64,000 bases of DNA from Lama guanicoe (Eukaryota): assembly GCA_013239625.1 (NCBI GenBank), contig MU057202.1, positions 2,865,101 through 2,929,100 of the forward strand, read 5' to 3'. Positions 36,690 to 49,970 of this stretch are shown in pieces. The notes under the pieces are model-generated. The model had not been told where the DNA came from, ran no database searches, and saw nothing but the letters and a program-made list of their open reading frames with translations. The position numbers and the translations under genes are program-made. How positions within the stretch are numbered: the stretch's first letter is position 1; each line of letters starts with the position of its first letter.

Positions 36690-36915
36690 GATGGTTAAAT
36701 TTCAACCCATGCCTGCCCTGGCCTCTTGGATGACCTGGGGTTTGGCTTGGGATGGGTGCATTGGGACGAGTGGCCCTCACGGTGGCCAGCCCCTCGGGTC
36801 ACCATGCTTTGATCCAGTAAACAGTGGAGTGAGGGCACCAGGGACTGAGGGGAACCTTGTGGAGAGCCTGTGGCCAGACCTGGGAGGAGACAAGAGCAAA
36901 CAGACCAAAGTCCCT
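36690..36915 (-). promoter_or_regulatory. CA5A: Putative CA5A proximal promoter with hepatocyte factor motifs
   Basis: Non-CpG-island region upstream of the ATG. Imperfect HNF1-like palindrome GTTAAATTTCAAC (36694-36706) and HNF4-type DR1 AGACCAAAGTCCC (36902-36914). Motif matches only. Confidence 0.45.
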
Positions 36916-37154
36916 GATCTTGGGCGTGATCTGGTTCGGGGCTGTGCCACCCTCCAACCGGGGCCCCTCAAGACCATGCTGTGGGTGTACTTCCAGAGGA
37001 TGGTGGGTTCAGAGGTGCAGGGACAGGAATCAGCCAAAGCTGCAGGCTGGTGGGGCCAGTGAGCAGGTGCCCCTCTCTGCCCAGGGCTCCTGGGAGATAG
37101 CCCATCCCCCTCTCCACAAAACAGACACAACCCAACAGGAACTCGTTCTGCCCA

Positions 37155-37280
37155 AGGTGATGTGACCTGGTTGGCTGGGACACTGCTAGGCTGTGCCTCC
37201 TGCCTCCGCATAAGTACTAACGTACTCCTTTCACACATAGAAGTGCCCACATTTGGACAATAAATTAGGTGGTCACCCAG
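37155..37280. mobile_element. hAT-Blackjack (MER94-like) DNA transposon remnant
   Basis: Ends GGTGATGTGACCTGGTTGGCTGGGACA and TTTGGACAATAAATTAGGTGGTCACCC resemble the degenerate termini of this family. Confidence 0.45.
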
Positions 37281-38859
37281 GCCATACAACTTGTAAAAAC
37301 TGCAGATGTCGGACAGCAAAACCCGGCTTTGGACTCCACAGCAGTCTATTCCCCGGACACTGCCTTTCCTTTCTTGTTTTTTTCCCCCAGATACTTTCTG
37401 TATATGACATGGAGACGACAGGGTTCAGATGGAATGGTTCTGTAATTTTTTTTCGGGGGGGTGGTTTTAAATTTATAAGCTTCGAGGGAGTAGGGAGATC
37501 ATAATTTATCCCAGAATCCTGAATTCTTAGGTCTAGAAACCCCACAAGACAGGGCTCCCGGACACTGGGTCCACTTGTGGGAGCCTGAGGACCTAAGAAT
37601 GCCACTGATGGGACGCGGGGATTGGTCTGCAGGTTTCGCCCGATTCTCTGACAGGCCCATGAGTTTGACTGTCTGGGTTGCAGGCAACAAAACCCAGCTC
37701 TAGAATATACGTGCTTTTCCTCCCACGGAGTCATTTTAGAAACGTACCACTCTTGGGTGGCTTCATCCATCCATCCGTCCACTCACTCATTCACTGGCTT
37801 TGGCCTCGGTTTTCTCATCTATGAAGTGGGGCCACACCAGCCCTTTCTCTGTTGTGTTGTCGTGAGGGTCCAGTGGATTGCTGTTGAGTAACGCATTTAG
37901 AGGATACCACTTCCACTACTGCGTGCCCAGCACCATGTGGCAGGTCCCACGACGACAGGTCAGTGGGCTGACGCGCCGCAGGCCCCCTGGGGTCTCAGGA
38001 GGGTGTCCTCAGCACCTCACTGCCCTGCTGGCTTCAGCCCCCCACTTTAGGCAGATGGCCTCGCTGGCCATCCCCGTGGGCCTGGGGTCTCCCTGTGCTC
38101 CCTGCAGCCACAGGGCAGGAGCCTGCTTTCCTTAGAAAACCCCACCAACCAGCTCGTCCTGGAAACTGTTGCAGCCGGCTCAGACATCAGCTCAGTCACG
38201 GTGACGGTAGGCACTAGCCTCCCTGCCAGTGAAAATAAATATAAACCCATATGCACGCATGTTATGGAGAACACTTCAAGGGGCTCAAAGGTGAAAGTAA
38301 GAGTCTGTCTTTCACAGACTGAACACAGCAGTTTCTTGTGGCTCTTTCTGGAAATTTCCATGATATGTAAGCCTGGATGTGTGTAGATCACTTTTTTTAA
38401 TACAGGAAATAATCATACCCTATGTAGAAGGCATGCATGTGGTCACTCAGTAATTGTCATGAATATTTTTTTTCCATCAGTGTAGATAGCTTTCTTTAAA
38501 TACAGCATTTCATTGAAAGAGATGCCATCATTTATCAAATCACTCCCCCTACACATGGATTTTTTTTGTCTTATAAATAACACCTCATTGAACATCTTTG
38601 AATGGACTTCCCAGGTGTGACGTGTATGGGTCAAAAGAGAATGCATTGAAACTGTTGACACACAGGCCACGTTGCTCTCCCGGGAGGTTGTACCAAGTCC
38701 TGCTCCCACCCACTTACCTAATATTTTGAGCCAAAGAGCCTCATGTTTATTCAACCCGACATCTTCTAATTTTTGACTACCTCCTTTGCACATAAAACAC
38801 CAATTAGTGGGCTTCCTATGATCTGTAATTCTCGTGGGAATTGGAAATGCCTCATGTGG

Positions 38860-39150
38860 GTTTGTGATGGTGTATTTTGTGTCAGCTTGGCTGAGCCATG
38901 GTGCCCAGATATTGGGTCAAACTTACTCTGGACTTTTCAGGATAGGTGGTTTTTTGGATGTGATTAACACTTAAATCAGTGGAACCTCCATAATGTGGGT
39001 GGGCCTCGTCCAATCAGTTGAAGTCCTTAACAGAACAAAGACTGATTTCCCCTGGGCCGAAGGTATTCTGCCAGCAGTCTGCCTTTGAGCTCTGTGACAC
39101 CTTCCAGGGTCTCCAGCTAGCTGGCCCACCGCATCAGATTTTGGACACAT
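38860..39150 (+). mobile_element. ERVL (MLT2-type) LTR fragment
   Basis: TGTGATGG...TGTGTCAGCTTGGCTGAGCCATGGTGCCCAGATATTGGGTCAAAC...CTCCATAATGTGGGTGGGCCTCGTCCAATCAGTTGAAG. Confidence 0.75.
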
Positions 39151-40344
39151 CCTTCAAAGTGCAGGAAGAAAAGACCGGCATTACTATTTTTATTTCCTCC
39201 CTCGCCTGGTATAGCTTCTATTTTTCACATTTCATAGAGCCTATTAGTATCTGATACTTGGATATGATTCATACGCAAATACACATGCATTGGAGGGGCA
39301 CGCTCAAAATCTTTCTGCTGAAATGAGGGTGTAATCACAGAAGTTTGGAGCCCACCTTTCTATGACATCCCCTCCCAAATTTCCTGGCAGCACTCTTTAA
39401 ATAGGGCTTTATTCCTATATGATAGAAATTCAAATTCATGTTTAATGAAACCAAATGCTCTCCCAAGTACAAGATCCCAAAAGATACGTACAGTATACAT
39501 AAAGAAATTCCAGTTGAAAAAAAGAAAAAAAAACAGAAAAGGGAAAAAAACTCACACTGGGCAAAAACACATGGACGTTTCGGCAGGACTTCCATTCACA
39601 GTAATCCTTTTGATTCTCTGCTGGCTTCTGGACACCACAATTTCCGGCCTGCACCTTTATTGGTTTTATGGATCTGTAAACCCGTTTCCCTGACCTGAGG
39701 AGTCCGAGGGGATGCTTCATGGTGGAAACTTGGTGTTTACAGGAATGTAAAAACCCGCAGGGCTGCGCTGATGGTCACCACCTGCCTGGCTCCACTGTAC
39801 CACGTCCTTAGTCCAATGAGAACCAATGAATCAGGGCTGCCTGGGAGCCCAAGGGAAACATTTTCTCCTCTTCCACTGAGACACACTCAGCCTCTTCTTC
39901 CGAAAAGTCTGAATCAACAGCTGCTGGGAGAACAGAGCCTCCACTGGACAGACACCCACGTCCCCATCACTGCTCACTGCCCAGGGAGACTCGCCACGGG
40001 GCAAACGCTGATGGGGTCTGCCTGCCCCCTGGCCCCTCTCACTTGGTGACGGCACCTGAGTTTTCCCGGGGGACTGCCCTCCCCCACCAGCGGGCCGCTC
40101 TCCCCGCCCTGATGTATCTCGGGCTCGGCCAACCGGAAGGAGAGCTGGGATTATGGGGAAAGAGGCTCTCCCCAGGGATTATTTAACTGCTAAAACAGGC
40201 ACTGTCTGCAGTTGCTGGGAACCCTTTCTGAGATCCTGCCCAAGAATGGAGAGAAAATGGAGCCTAGAGATGGGAAGGGTGGGGAGGGAGAGAGACTTAG
40301 AGAGACAGAGATAGAGAGACACACACACGGAAAAAATGATATGG

Positions 40345-41660
40345 CTTCAACCCAAATAGACATCTCTCCAGTGAAGACATACAGATGGCCAACAGGCACG
40401 TGAAAAATGCTCAATATCACTAATTATCGGAGAAATGCAACTCAAAACTACCATGAGGTATCACCTCACACCAGCCAGAATGGCTATCATTCAAAAGTCT
40501 ACAAATAATAAATGCTGGAGAAGGTGTGGAGAAAAAGGGAACCCTCCTACACTGCTGGTGGGAATGCAAGATGGTGCAGCCACTTTGGGAGGCATTTGTG
40601 GTTTCCTACAAAACTCACCGTGCTTGTATCATGCAACAAACTAATGGTGCCCCTTGGTGTTTACTCAGAGGAGTTGTAAACTTACGTCCACACAAAAACC
40701 TGCACGTGGATGTTTAGAGCAGCGTTATTCGTAACTGCCAACTTGTAACTGGCAATCTGTAAGCAACCAAGACATCCTTCAGTAGGTGAATGGACACATC
40801 CGGACAGCGAGATATTGTTCAGGGTTAAAAAGAAGTGATCTGTCAAGCCGTGAAAAGACGTGGAGGAAACTTAAATGCATGTGACCAAGTGACAGAAGTC
40901 AATCTGGAAAGGCTTCCTACTGTGTGGCTCCAGCCATGTGACACTCTGGAAAAGGCAAAACTGTGGAGACATAAGGATCAGTTTGTGGGGGGCTGGGAGG
41001 AGGGATGAACAGGTGGGGCAGAGACTTTTTAGGGCAGTGAGCCAACTCTGTGCAACACGGTAATGATGGATACGTGTCGTTACACATTTGTCCAAATCCA
41101 CAGAATGTGCGACACCGAGATTGAGCCCTAACGTGGACGCGGGACCTCGGCTGATGCTGAGGTGTCAGTGCAGGTTCATTGACTGTAACAAAGGCACCAC
41201 TCTGGTGGGGGATGCTGATGGCGGGGAGGTTCGGGGGGTGTCAGAGGATACACAGGAAATTTGTACCTTTTGCTCAATTTTGCCCTGAACTGAAATTTTC
41301 TCTAAAAAAAATAAAGTTTAATAATAAAAAGGAGTGCAGTACTGAAACACTACAACATGAATGAACCTCGAAAACATTGTGCTGAGTGGAAGAAGCCAGG
41401 CACAAAAGGTCACCTGTTGTATGTGACGCCGTTTCTACGAAACGTCCAGAACAGGCACATCAGTAGACAGACAGGAGACAAGGTTGCCAGGAGCTGATGG
41501 GAGGGGGAGGAAGGAAGAGGAGTGACAGCTAAAAGGGTGATGATAAAGTTCCGGAACCAGTTAGTGACGGTTGCACAACATTGTGGATGCACTTAATGCC
41601 ACTGAATTGTACACTTTAAAATGGTTAATGGTTAATTTCACTTAAGTGAATTTTTACTGA
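40345..41660 (+). mobile_element. Composite L1 remnants: ORF2 C-terminal segment followed by L1M 3' UTR pieces
   Basis: ORF 40435-40644 translates to [34 protein letters not shown], the Cys-rich end of L1 ORF2p, then shifts frame ([17 protein letters not shown] in ORF 40526). L1MC/L1MB-like 3' UTR sequence follows. Confidence 0.88.
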
Positions 41661-42844
41661 CATCACTTCCTGGTCCTTAAATTTCTTGCCCAGAACGCAT
41701 GGCAGTGGCTTGTCCCAGGTCTGGGTGGATTCCTCGCCGGGTTGGGGTGGGACTGCATGGGGGTGCTGGGCCCTGCTCCTTCCCACCCCCCAAAATCCTC
41801 TGAGCCCTGTTCCCAGGACTCCAGTTCACCCCTAAACTCAGTCTCTTGCCAGCAGGAGCTGGGAACCCAGAAGTGCCTCTGTGAAGCAGAGAAAGGTGTG
41901 TGGGGTCGAGGAGGAACTACACAAGGGGCCCCCGTGAGCAGTTACAAAGAGCCGCTGGTCAGGGCAGGCTCCACAGCCGCAGTGCTGCCAGCGTCCCACA
42001 TCTCTAGCAACGGTAAATCCACCCACCCATTCAGTCCCACATCCAGAGCTCCCCTCCTTACTCCATCCCAGGACTGAATTTGTGCTACACGTGAGCGGGC
42101 GCTGAACTCTAGACCCAGGTGTTTGGGATTCCAAACCCCACTTTTGACTCTTTCCAGCTACATAACTTTGCTGAGCAATTCTTCCAATCTCTTGAGTCCT
42201 CCTCACACCTGAACAGGTAAGACCTCACTCCAGTATCAGGATCTTCCCAGGGCACACCTTCTGTGGTTTCGGGGACTTTCTTTAAGGCACTTTTCCTGCA
42301 AAGGAACCCAGTGACCAGTCTCAGCAGAGCCCCAGGGCTAAATCGGAAGAGCCTCTAACTCAGCAAGGTTGCCCAAGGCTGGGTAGCTGGTTACTGCCCC
42401 GAATCGCGTTTTATTATTGGCAAAAGAAAAGTGGGCAGGAAACTCACGGTAAAGCGTTTTCTTTTCCGAATGAAAACAGCTCCATGGTTTTGTGTTTGGA
42501 GGACCACAGGAATTCTTCCTCGTTGTAAACAACTCAGAAGTCAGAGGCGAGCACAGAGAAGAAAAACGATGAGCAGCGGTAAGCCCAGCACACAAGAAAA
42601 GCACAAAGAAAAGCAGGACCAGCAAGCAGGAATAACATTTCTGGGAATGGCCTACAGCTCGGGAATCTCTTCCTATGAGTACCCACAAATGCGCTTTTAT
42701 GCCATATAAATACAGCGTATCAGATGCATACTACGGTTATATTCACAATAGCCTATATTTGCATATGTACTATCATACGTGACATATAACATTACATCAA
42801 TTACATACAAAATATATATCACGTACAATTAATATATTTTTCCA

Positions 42845-44290
42845 CGCGCGCGCACTCGAGCCTGTGACGACCGTGGAGACCCCTGCGCAGCCCATTACTC
42901 GTGGGAACCCCGCCGCAGCCGGAGCCGTCGGGCGCAGCGGACCCGGGAAACTGAACTACAAGTCCCAGCAACCCAAGCGCGGGCGCGGGCCGGGAGACCC
43001 GAGTGCGAAGGGACTACAAGTCCCGGCAGGCTTGGCGCAGGGACCACGAGTCCCAGAATGCACCGCTCGTGGTTCGCGCAGGGCCCTCCGGGATATGTAG
43101 TCGGCGGGGGAGCTAATTCCTATTCATTCAGCCGCAGAGAAAATGCAAATTCCTCTAATGGTCCACCGACGCGACTTCTCAGGGGCTAGCGAGAGGCCCT
43201 AGCGCACGACGGGGAACTAAGAGGCCCAGGGGCCCAAACTGTGGCGCGGAAGCACGACTCGTGCGCATGCCCGGCGCTCGTCAGCGCCGGCGAAAGCGCG
43301 CGCGGGAGGCCTCAAGCAGCAGGCCCCGCCCCCGCGCCCAGGGAGCCTGCGCAGACGGTGCAGGGCGGAGGGCNNNNNNNNNNNNNNNNNNNNNNNNNNN
43401 NNNNNNNNNNNNNNNNNNNNNNNNNNNNNNNNNNNNNNNNNNNNNNNNNNNNNNNNNNNNNNNNNNNNNNNNNNNNNNNNNNNNNNNNNNNNNNNNNNNN
43501 NNNNNNNNNNNNNNNNNNNNNNNNNNNNNNNNNNNNNNNNNNNNNNNNNNNNNNNNNNNNNNNNNNNNNNNNNNNNNNNNNNNNNNNNNNNNNNNNNNNN
43601 GCCGCCGCCCCCGCCCCCGGACGCGGGGGACACCGGCCGCCAACGGCCCGCCGCCGGGGCGCCCCGGCCCACAGCCCTGTCAGCCGCCGGCCCGCCGCGC
43701 CCCCCGGTCCTGCCGCCCCACCCCCGGCCCGTCAGGCCCGCCGGCGCGCGGCGCTGTCCCGGCTCCGGCTCCGGCGCCTGGCGCGGTGCGGGCCTCCCTT
43801 CCGGGACGCGGCCCCGCACGAGCGACGAGCGGCGTCCGGCCGGGCGGCGGCCGCGGGGAGGCGGGGGCTGGGCAGCCTCCGAGCCCGGGCTCCGGCCGCC
43901 GTGAGGGGCTGGGGTCGCGCGCCCTGGCCTCCGCCGTGCGGGCCCCGCCGCGCCAGCGGCGCCGAGCTGGCGGAGCCCCGGCAGGCCCCCGAGGCTGCTG
44001 GCGCTCGGACGCTGGCGCCCGGCGCAGGAGCCGGGCCTGCGCTCGGTGGATGCGGCCGGAAGTGCGGAGGCAGAGTGGGCGCGGGTCAGGCCGTGGTCCT
44101 GGGTGATGCGGGAGCGGACGGGCCGGTTCTCGTTCGGCTTCTGGCACGGCCCGGGCTCCGTCTCCCCGAGGGGAGAGAGAACGTGGAAACCGCCTGTGGG
44201 AGTAACTCTGCGTATTCGGCTCCGTTTCCCCTTTGTCTTGCAATTAAACCAAGTCCCTGTTCCGGGATTCTGTCACCGCGGCTCTAAGTT
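42845..44290 (+). promoter_or_regulatory. BANP: CpG-island promoter / non-coding first-exon region, assigned to BANP by synteny
   Basis: Dense CpG island with ZNF143-type motifs (42955-43102), octamer ATGCAAAT (43143-43150), NRF1-like TGCGCATGC (43262-43270) and a GC box (about 43323-43332). Mammalian gene order is SLC7A5(-), CA5A(-), BANP(+). I recognised no BANP coding exon in the window, so the gene name is an inference. Confidence 0.75.
43374..43600. other. Assembly gap (227 N) in the CpG island, probably hiding the BANP TSS/exon 1
   Basis: Run of n flanked by extremely GC-rich sequence. Confidence 0.95.
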
Positions 44291-47200
44291 TTAGAAAACG
44301 GCTGCCATTTATGGGTCATGTGCTGGCGGGGGTGGCTGGCACGGCGATCCGGCCAGGTAGAGGCCGTCCCGTCTTACAGACCAGGTGACAGACCCGCGGA
44401 GCCAGATCTGAACTCTGTCTAAAGGCCATTCTTAAAAAAAGTTGCACGTGTGTTTAATGTTTTAATAAAGGAATGTCCACAATAAAATGTCACTGAAAAA
44501 CTTCCAGAGAGAAGCAGCAGTCTCCCTCCCATCTTTCACTTGCTCTCCTCAAAGACCTTGGTGTTCGTCGTGTTTTTAAAAGGAAGTTCTCCGTAGCGCT
44601 CAACAATACGCTGGTGCTTTATTTTGTACATTCGTGACTTGCTGTTACCATAGGATGACGTAGCTTTCCACATCATAGCCCACCTCTTCTATCCCTCGAT
44701 TAGTCTAGTTGGCTCAGATTGTTTATATTATAACTAATCAGACATTACTTCACAGCCAGCTACTACATTTGTCCTCTTAACACAGCTTTTTTTCCCCGCT
44801 GTTGTTTGTAATGGGCTTTCTTTTTTTTTTTTTTGTTCTTTCTGTTCCCATTGGCTCTGGGTTTTAAATTCTCAAAGGTGGTTTGGAATCTTTCCAGCCT
44901 TCCCCCTCCCCAGCCCTCTGCCCTCTTTTTCTAACTTGATTGACTGCTCGGACCAGCACAAGTATCATCCTGATATTTTCTTGTATTGTACCTCTGACCT
45001 TGTTCAGGACTCACGTTTTAATTTTTAACCTTGACTTTCCTCATTTCAGTGAGAACCTTTTGCCAAGTAGACTTACTCCTTTTGGGTAACTCTTGAGGAT
45101 CCTCTTTGGTGTTAAGACGTTTTCAGGGTGCCAGAAAAATGTGGAGCCCCATTCTGAACACTCTCTGACTCCGGTGACTTGTCCTTCAGCTCTGGGATGT
45201 GGAATTTTCCTGTATCATTTGAGAGCTGGATCTGCTCTGCTTTCAGGTTTCTTTTTGGGAGTTCCTGTTAGATTGATAGTGGACGTCTTGGACTAACCCC
45301 TGAATCTCTTGTCTTCATCCTTTTCTTGTGTCGTTTTATTCTTATTTCTGGGAGAGGACTTTAGCTCCCAATTCTATTTTAAATTTTTTATTTCCGCAAT
45401 CAAAATTTTAATTTCCAAGAGCTTATTCGTTCTGTTCCTTTTTCATAGTAGCTTATTGTTTTATGAATGCATTATCTCCTTGACTCTGAGGATACTGACA
45501 AGGGTTCAGTTCTCTTTTGTTCTCTCATTTCGTTTTCTCTAGTGTCGTTTTTTTTTTAAAGATTGGCATCTTGCTTTGTATGGCAAGTCCTCTTCAAATA
45601 CCAGCGGTTACTGTTGTGTAAGGTAAGAGGGAGCAGGCAGAGAACTCTGAGTCTTTGGGGCTGATTTTGAAAATGTACAGGTTTCCCTTCGAGTGGTTTT
45701 TTATTGTGCCAAACGCTAGATGGCGGAGAGATTTTATCTGGTCCTTTCAGCTTAAGGAAGACCCCTCTGATGGGAGGCTGCTCGGCTTGGTCTAGGGAGG
45801 GTCCCTGTGCAGCTCTGCTGTGCCGGCACCAGGCTTGCTTGTGCAGGCGCGGCCCTGGCCCTCTGCTGAGCAGCCTGGGTTTGGGGCCTCAGCCCTCCGC
45901 GGGCTTGGAGCCCTCCTTTGGTTGTGCCCGCTCCCGGGTGCTCCCTTTTGCTGCTTGCTTTGCCCTCATTAAACCTTCTTGGTCTGCCAGACATGGCACA
46001 GTCTCTTGTCTGCTGTCACATAATCTTTCTTGTGGGTTTAATATTCGATATTCAAAGTCATTTTACTGGGATGAGCAGGGACCACCTGTGTGGCCAACTG
46101 CTCACTGTGGGCAGGTATTCTAGAACCTGTTTTCATGCCTCTGCTCTCCTGCCTCCCAGTGGCCTCGGTGGATGCCCGCCGTCAGTGGGACGGGTGGCCA
46201 GATCACTGTCCCCATGGCCGCCTCCGCCTTGCAGTGTGGGTGGATGGTGTGTGTTCCTGCTGCAGGTTCTCTTGGCTCCGCAGCCTTGGAGGGGTGCCAG
46301 GCTCAGCTGGGGAAGGCCAGGCACAGGCAGTGTTATAGCAGAGATCGTGGCTCAGGCTCTTCAGTGGGCTCCTCACTGTGCCAGAGGGCCGGAGTTGAAG
46401 GACTGCCCTGGGTGAGCAGTGATCACTGTGCTCAGAGTGTAGTCTTGATGCTCTTTGGTCATTTGTCCTTTGAAAGTTAGGAGCAGTGAGATGCATGAGC
46501 TGTGTTTGCTGGGCCTTGCTAGCGAAGCGGTCCATGGTCCCACCGTCTCTGGGCTCCTGAGAGAAATGCAGACTTGGGCCCCCCCCTGAGTGTGGAGTCA
46601 GAATCTGCAGCTTTGCAAACTTTTCAAACTTTTCTTTCAAAAGAAGTAGCTGTAGGCTCAAGGAAACGTTGTAAAAATAGTCCAGAGAGCTTCCCTGTTC
46701 CCTTCACCCACTTGCCTTAATGCTGGCGTCGCACATGGTCAGTGCCACAGTTCTTTTGACTAACCTCAGACCTGTGGACCTTCATCAGTTTCCACTCATG
46801 TCCTTTCCCTGTTCCAGGATCTAATTCAGGATCTCACTCTGCATTTAGTTGTCTCCTGAAGTCTCCCCCAGTCTGTGATATTTACACAGCCCTGAAGTGT
46901 CTCTCCCAAAGTTTGTGAATTACAGAGGAAAAGTAGTAACTTCACAGTGGAAAAGCCTGGCAGATACCATCTTAACATCACTGGTACAAAGACATGATGC
47001 TGTCACGTACCCCGAAGGGCACATCCAAGGTTAATTGACGAGGAAACCCAAATTGAGGTACATTTGCCAAAATCTTGACTGGTGCGCCTTGGAGGTGTCT
47101 CAGGCGTTGAAAGTCAATGAAAGAGAATTTGCATTTTGAAAGACTGCCAGGTGTAGCTTATGCACTTTGCTGAAGAAATACTTCCTCTGCGTGATGGTCT

Positions 47201-49784
47201 CCAAGGAGATAAGAGAGAAAGAACCACCAGTCCTGTTTCCTGGGCTGGGAAACGGTGCTACAGGCCCAGGTATAGGTGAGTTTGTAAAAGGCTCATTGAT
47301 AACACCTGTTGCAGTTCACCAGCCTTAGGTTTTCCTTATAACCTTCATCTGCCCTATACAATCTGAAAACTTGAGCTGTAAAATGAAATTTGTTACATGA
47401 CGAGGCCAGACTCTCACTTTAGCTGTTTCAATCTGGTGAAAATAAGTGTTTTCTCATTTTGAAGAAAAGACTTCTGGGGGAGAACATGTATGGAGGTTTT
47501 CAGTGGAATGTCTCAGAAGAAGCTGTAAAAAGCCCTCCCTTGATCAGAGGTAAAGAAAGACCATTCTCTGACTCCACGTGTATCACCATCATAAACACAA
47601 AGTCACATAATGATCTGTTCACTGGACATGCTCTAGGTCATTCTGAAATGGTCATTTTTGGCAGGGTGGGGGGGAGGAGGAGTTTTAGGGAATTTGAGAG
47701 GGAGTGTAGAGGAGGGGCCAGTACCTGGAGCCCACTTGACTCGCACAGAAGAGTAGAACCCTAGCATCATTGTCAGGGTAGCTTTAGACACACTTAGCCC
47801 TTGGGGTTTGTGTAGGTTGTGAAACCAGTTAAAAATGAGAGCTTTAGCAAATTATCTCCTCTTATGCCCTCTGTCTCGCCTTTGGCTCTGTCCACCGCCT
47901 GGGCTGTGCCCGGCCCGCCTCCTGGGAGGAGAGGGTGGCTGTCCTCGGTGCTAGAGGCAGGGAGCAGGAGGAGCGCTAGACGTCATGGTCCCGAGTGAGC
48001 AGGAGAGGAAGCTGAGCTTGGGTGACCACCAGCAGCCTCCTGTTGCTTGAAACCGCTGGATGTTTCTGAATTGAAATGTGATGGAGACACGAACTTCTCA
48101 GGCCACTAGCGGACAGTATACTCAAAGTATTGTGAAGTCATAGGAAATGGATTCCTATTTTGGATGAACTTCTCTGCACCTTTCGCATCCATCTGTAGTC
48201 AAGAACTGTCCAGTTTGATTGCTTTGGACCATGTGCCTCCGTGGTGGGTGGCCAGTAAGATTTGCTTTGTCTCTGGAAGGCCCCTCATGCCAGGCAGTGG
48301 GGTGGGGTGGTGATGCTGGTGGCGACTGCTGCCCCAGACAAGTCGCCTGTGAGGTCGGATGGCTTATGGCGCCCAAGTGTGGAAGAATAAAATCCACCTG
48401 AAGAGGCCAGAGTAGGTGGGGGGTGGGAATAGGTTTTAATGCCATCGCTGCAAAGGCAGATGAGCGGAATGGCTTTCTGTTGGAACTGACTTCGTTTCCT
48501 TGTCCGTAGTCATACGTGTTGGCGTTTAGAGTAGCTGAGAGTAGGTGGGGCACTGAAGTGAAAGTGAGTTGGCAGGAAGGGCCCGGGTGGGGATGGATGC
48601 CTGGCCAGTGGACGGGGCCGGAGGAGTGTTGCCAGGGAACCTGGGACTGGTGGGAGCGGGGCTTGGCGACTTCGGGCAGGGCCTGTACTGACAGACGTCT
48701 CATAATAAAGATTTGCATCCTGTGCTTCAAAGAGTGCTGCTTCTGGTCTCTAGTGACTTTTCCTTTTTCTTCAGGGTGGAAAATCATCAAATAACCTTTG
48801 TAAACAAGCAGTGGGTGTGGACAAAGCTGGCAGTGAAAACTCGGTACACGTGCTGCTGGCATTTCCTTGTTGGTGTTGAAGTACGCGTCCCTTGAACGTG
48901 GCAAGCATCCTGGGCACCTTAGTCTTAGGAGGCAGAGCAGGGAGGGCTCAGACCACAGTTCCAGCTGTCACCGCCAAGTGCAGCCCTGCAGTCCTGCTGG
49001 CAGGTGGATGGCAGGACAGGATCTGTTTGCTGCCACGCTGTCCTCCTGTGAACTCTCGTGGGTGGAGCCAGGGCTGAGTCTTGGGAGGAAGTGCTGCGTT
49101 AAGCCGCCTTTTATGCTGGGAACTTCCCTGAAGGTGCCGAGTAATTCACGCCCTCCGCGTTTTTAGACTGAACCTGACAAAGGAGACTGAGGATCCTGTT
49201 TGCCGGCCAAGAGTTGGCTGCAGCTGTCAGTAGGCGAACACAGTTTGCAAGTAATTGGCCCTCTGGTTCTGAAATCAAACACTTTATGGATTTTTAAGAT
49301 TTGTGGGATTCAACTAATTTCACATTTTTTGCAAAGTGAGGGGTTTAATATTTATTATGTCATTTTTAAGTTTGTATGATTTACATTTGCACAGTTCAGA
49401 TTTGTATAACATGCAGTCATTCTATGTTGGGGAGAAAGGAAGCTGAAGGGGGTGCAGTGAGATGAAAGCAAGTGAATATTGGTTGGGGTCCCCTCCCTGC
49501 GTGGGTGTTAATAAAAACATTCAGTTCCACTTGCTTCATGAGTTCTTCTGGGATCATTCAAGAGCTGGGTAAGCCTGCCTCGCCTTTCTGGGATTTCTGC
49601 AGATTCACTGTGATCTGAATCAGAAATCGCTCCTTCCAGCAGAGGACAGAGGTGGAGCAGAGCGCACACTTCTCAGGAGGCCAAGATTACTGCTCTTCAG
49701 TGAACGTACCTGATTTCTTTATCCCACAGTCCCAGGCAGTTTCAAGAGTTTAGAGATGCCACTGATGTTAAACGCTTGGCTCTA

Positions 49785-49970
49785 GGGCAGGAGTCAACAG
49801 ACTTCCTGTAAAGGCCTAGAGGAGCAAACGTTTCTGGCTTTGGGGTCTGTCCTGGCCAGTCAGCTCTGCCCTTGGAGGGTGGACGCCAGAATGGGCGTGG
49901 CTGTCTTCCAGTAACACTTATCCCTGATGGCTGGATTTGCCCCCACGCCAGAGGCTATGACTCCAGACTA
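49785..49970. mobile_element. hAT-Charlie (MER58-like) DNA transposon remnant
   Basis: CAGGAGTCAACAGACTTCCTGTAAAGGCCTAGA...CAGCTCTGCC...AATGGGCGTGGCTGTCTTCCAGTAACACTT...GGCTGGATTTGCCC. Confidence 0.6.

Noticed and set aside
42700-42842. AT-rich TATA-like stretch upstream of the CpG island
   Set aside because: Low-complexity (TA/CA)-rich sequence with no positional evidence for a functional TATA box.
43184-43195. CTAGCGAGA, resembling the BANP-bound TCTCGCGAGA motif (autoregulation idea)
   Set aside because: The CGCG core is broken and I saw no perfect motif, though the 227-N gap cannot be inspected.
43217-44287. ORFs of 187-348 aa in the BANP CpG island
   Set aside because: Stop-poor GC-rich DNA, and several read through the N gap; no similarity to BANP or any family I recognise.
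48155-48904. 249-aa minus-strand ORF
   Set aside because: No recognisable domain, retrocopy hallmarks or splice context; consistent with chance in intronic sequence.
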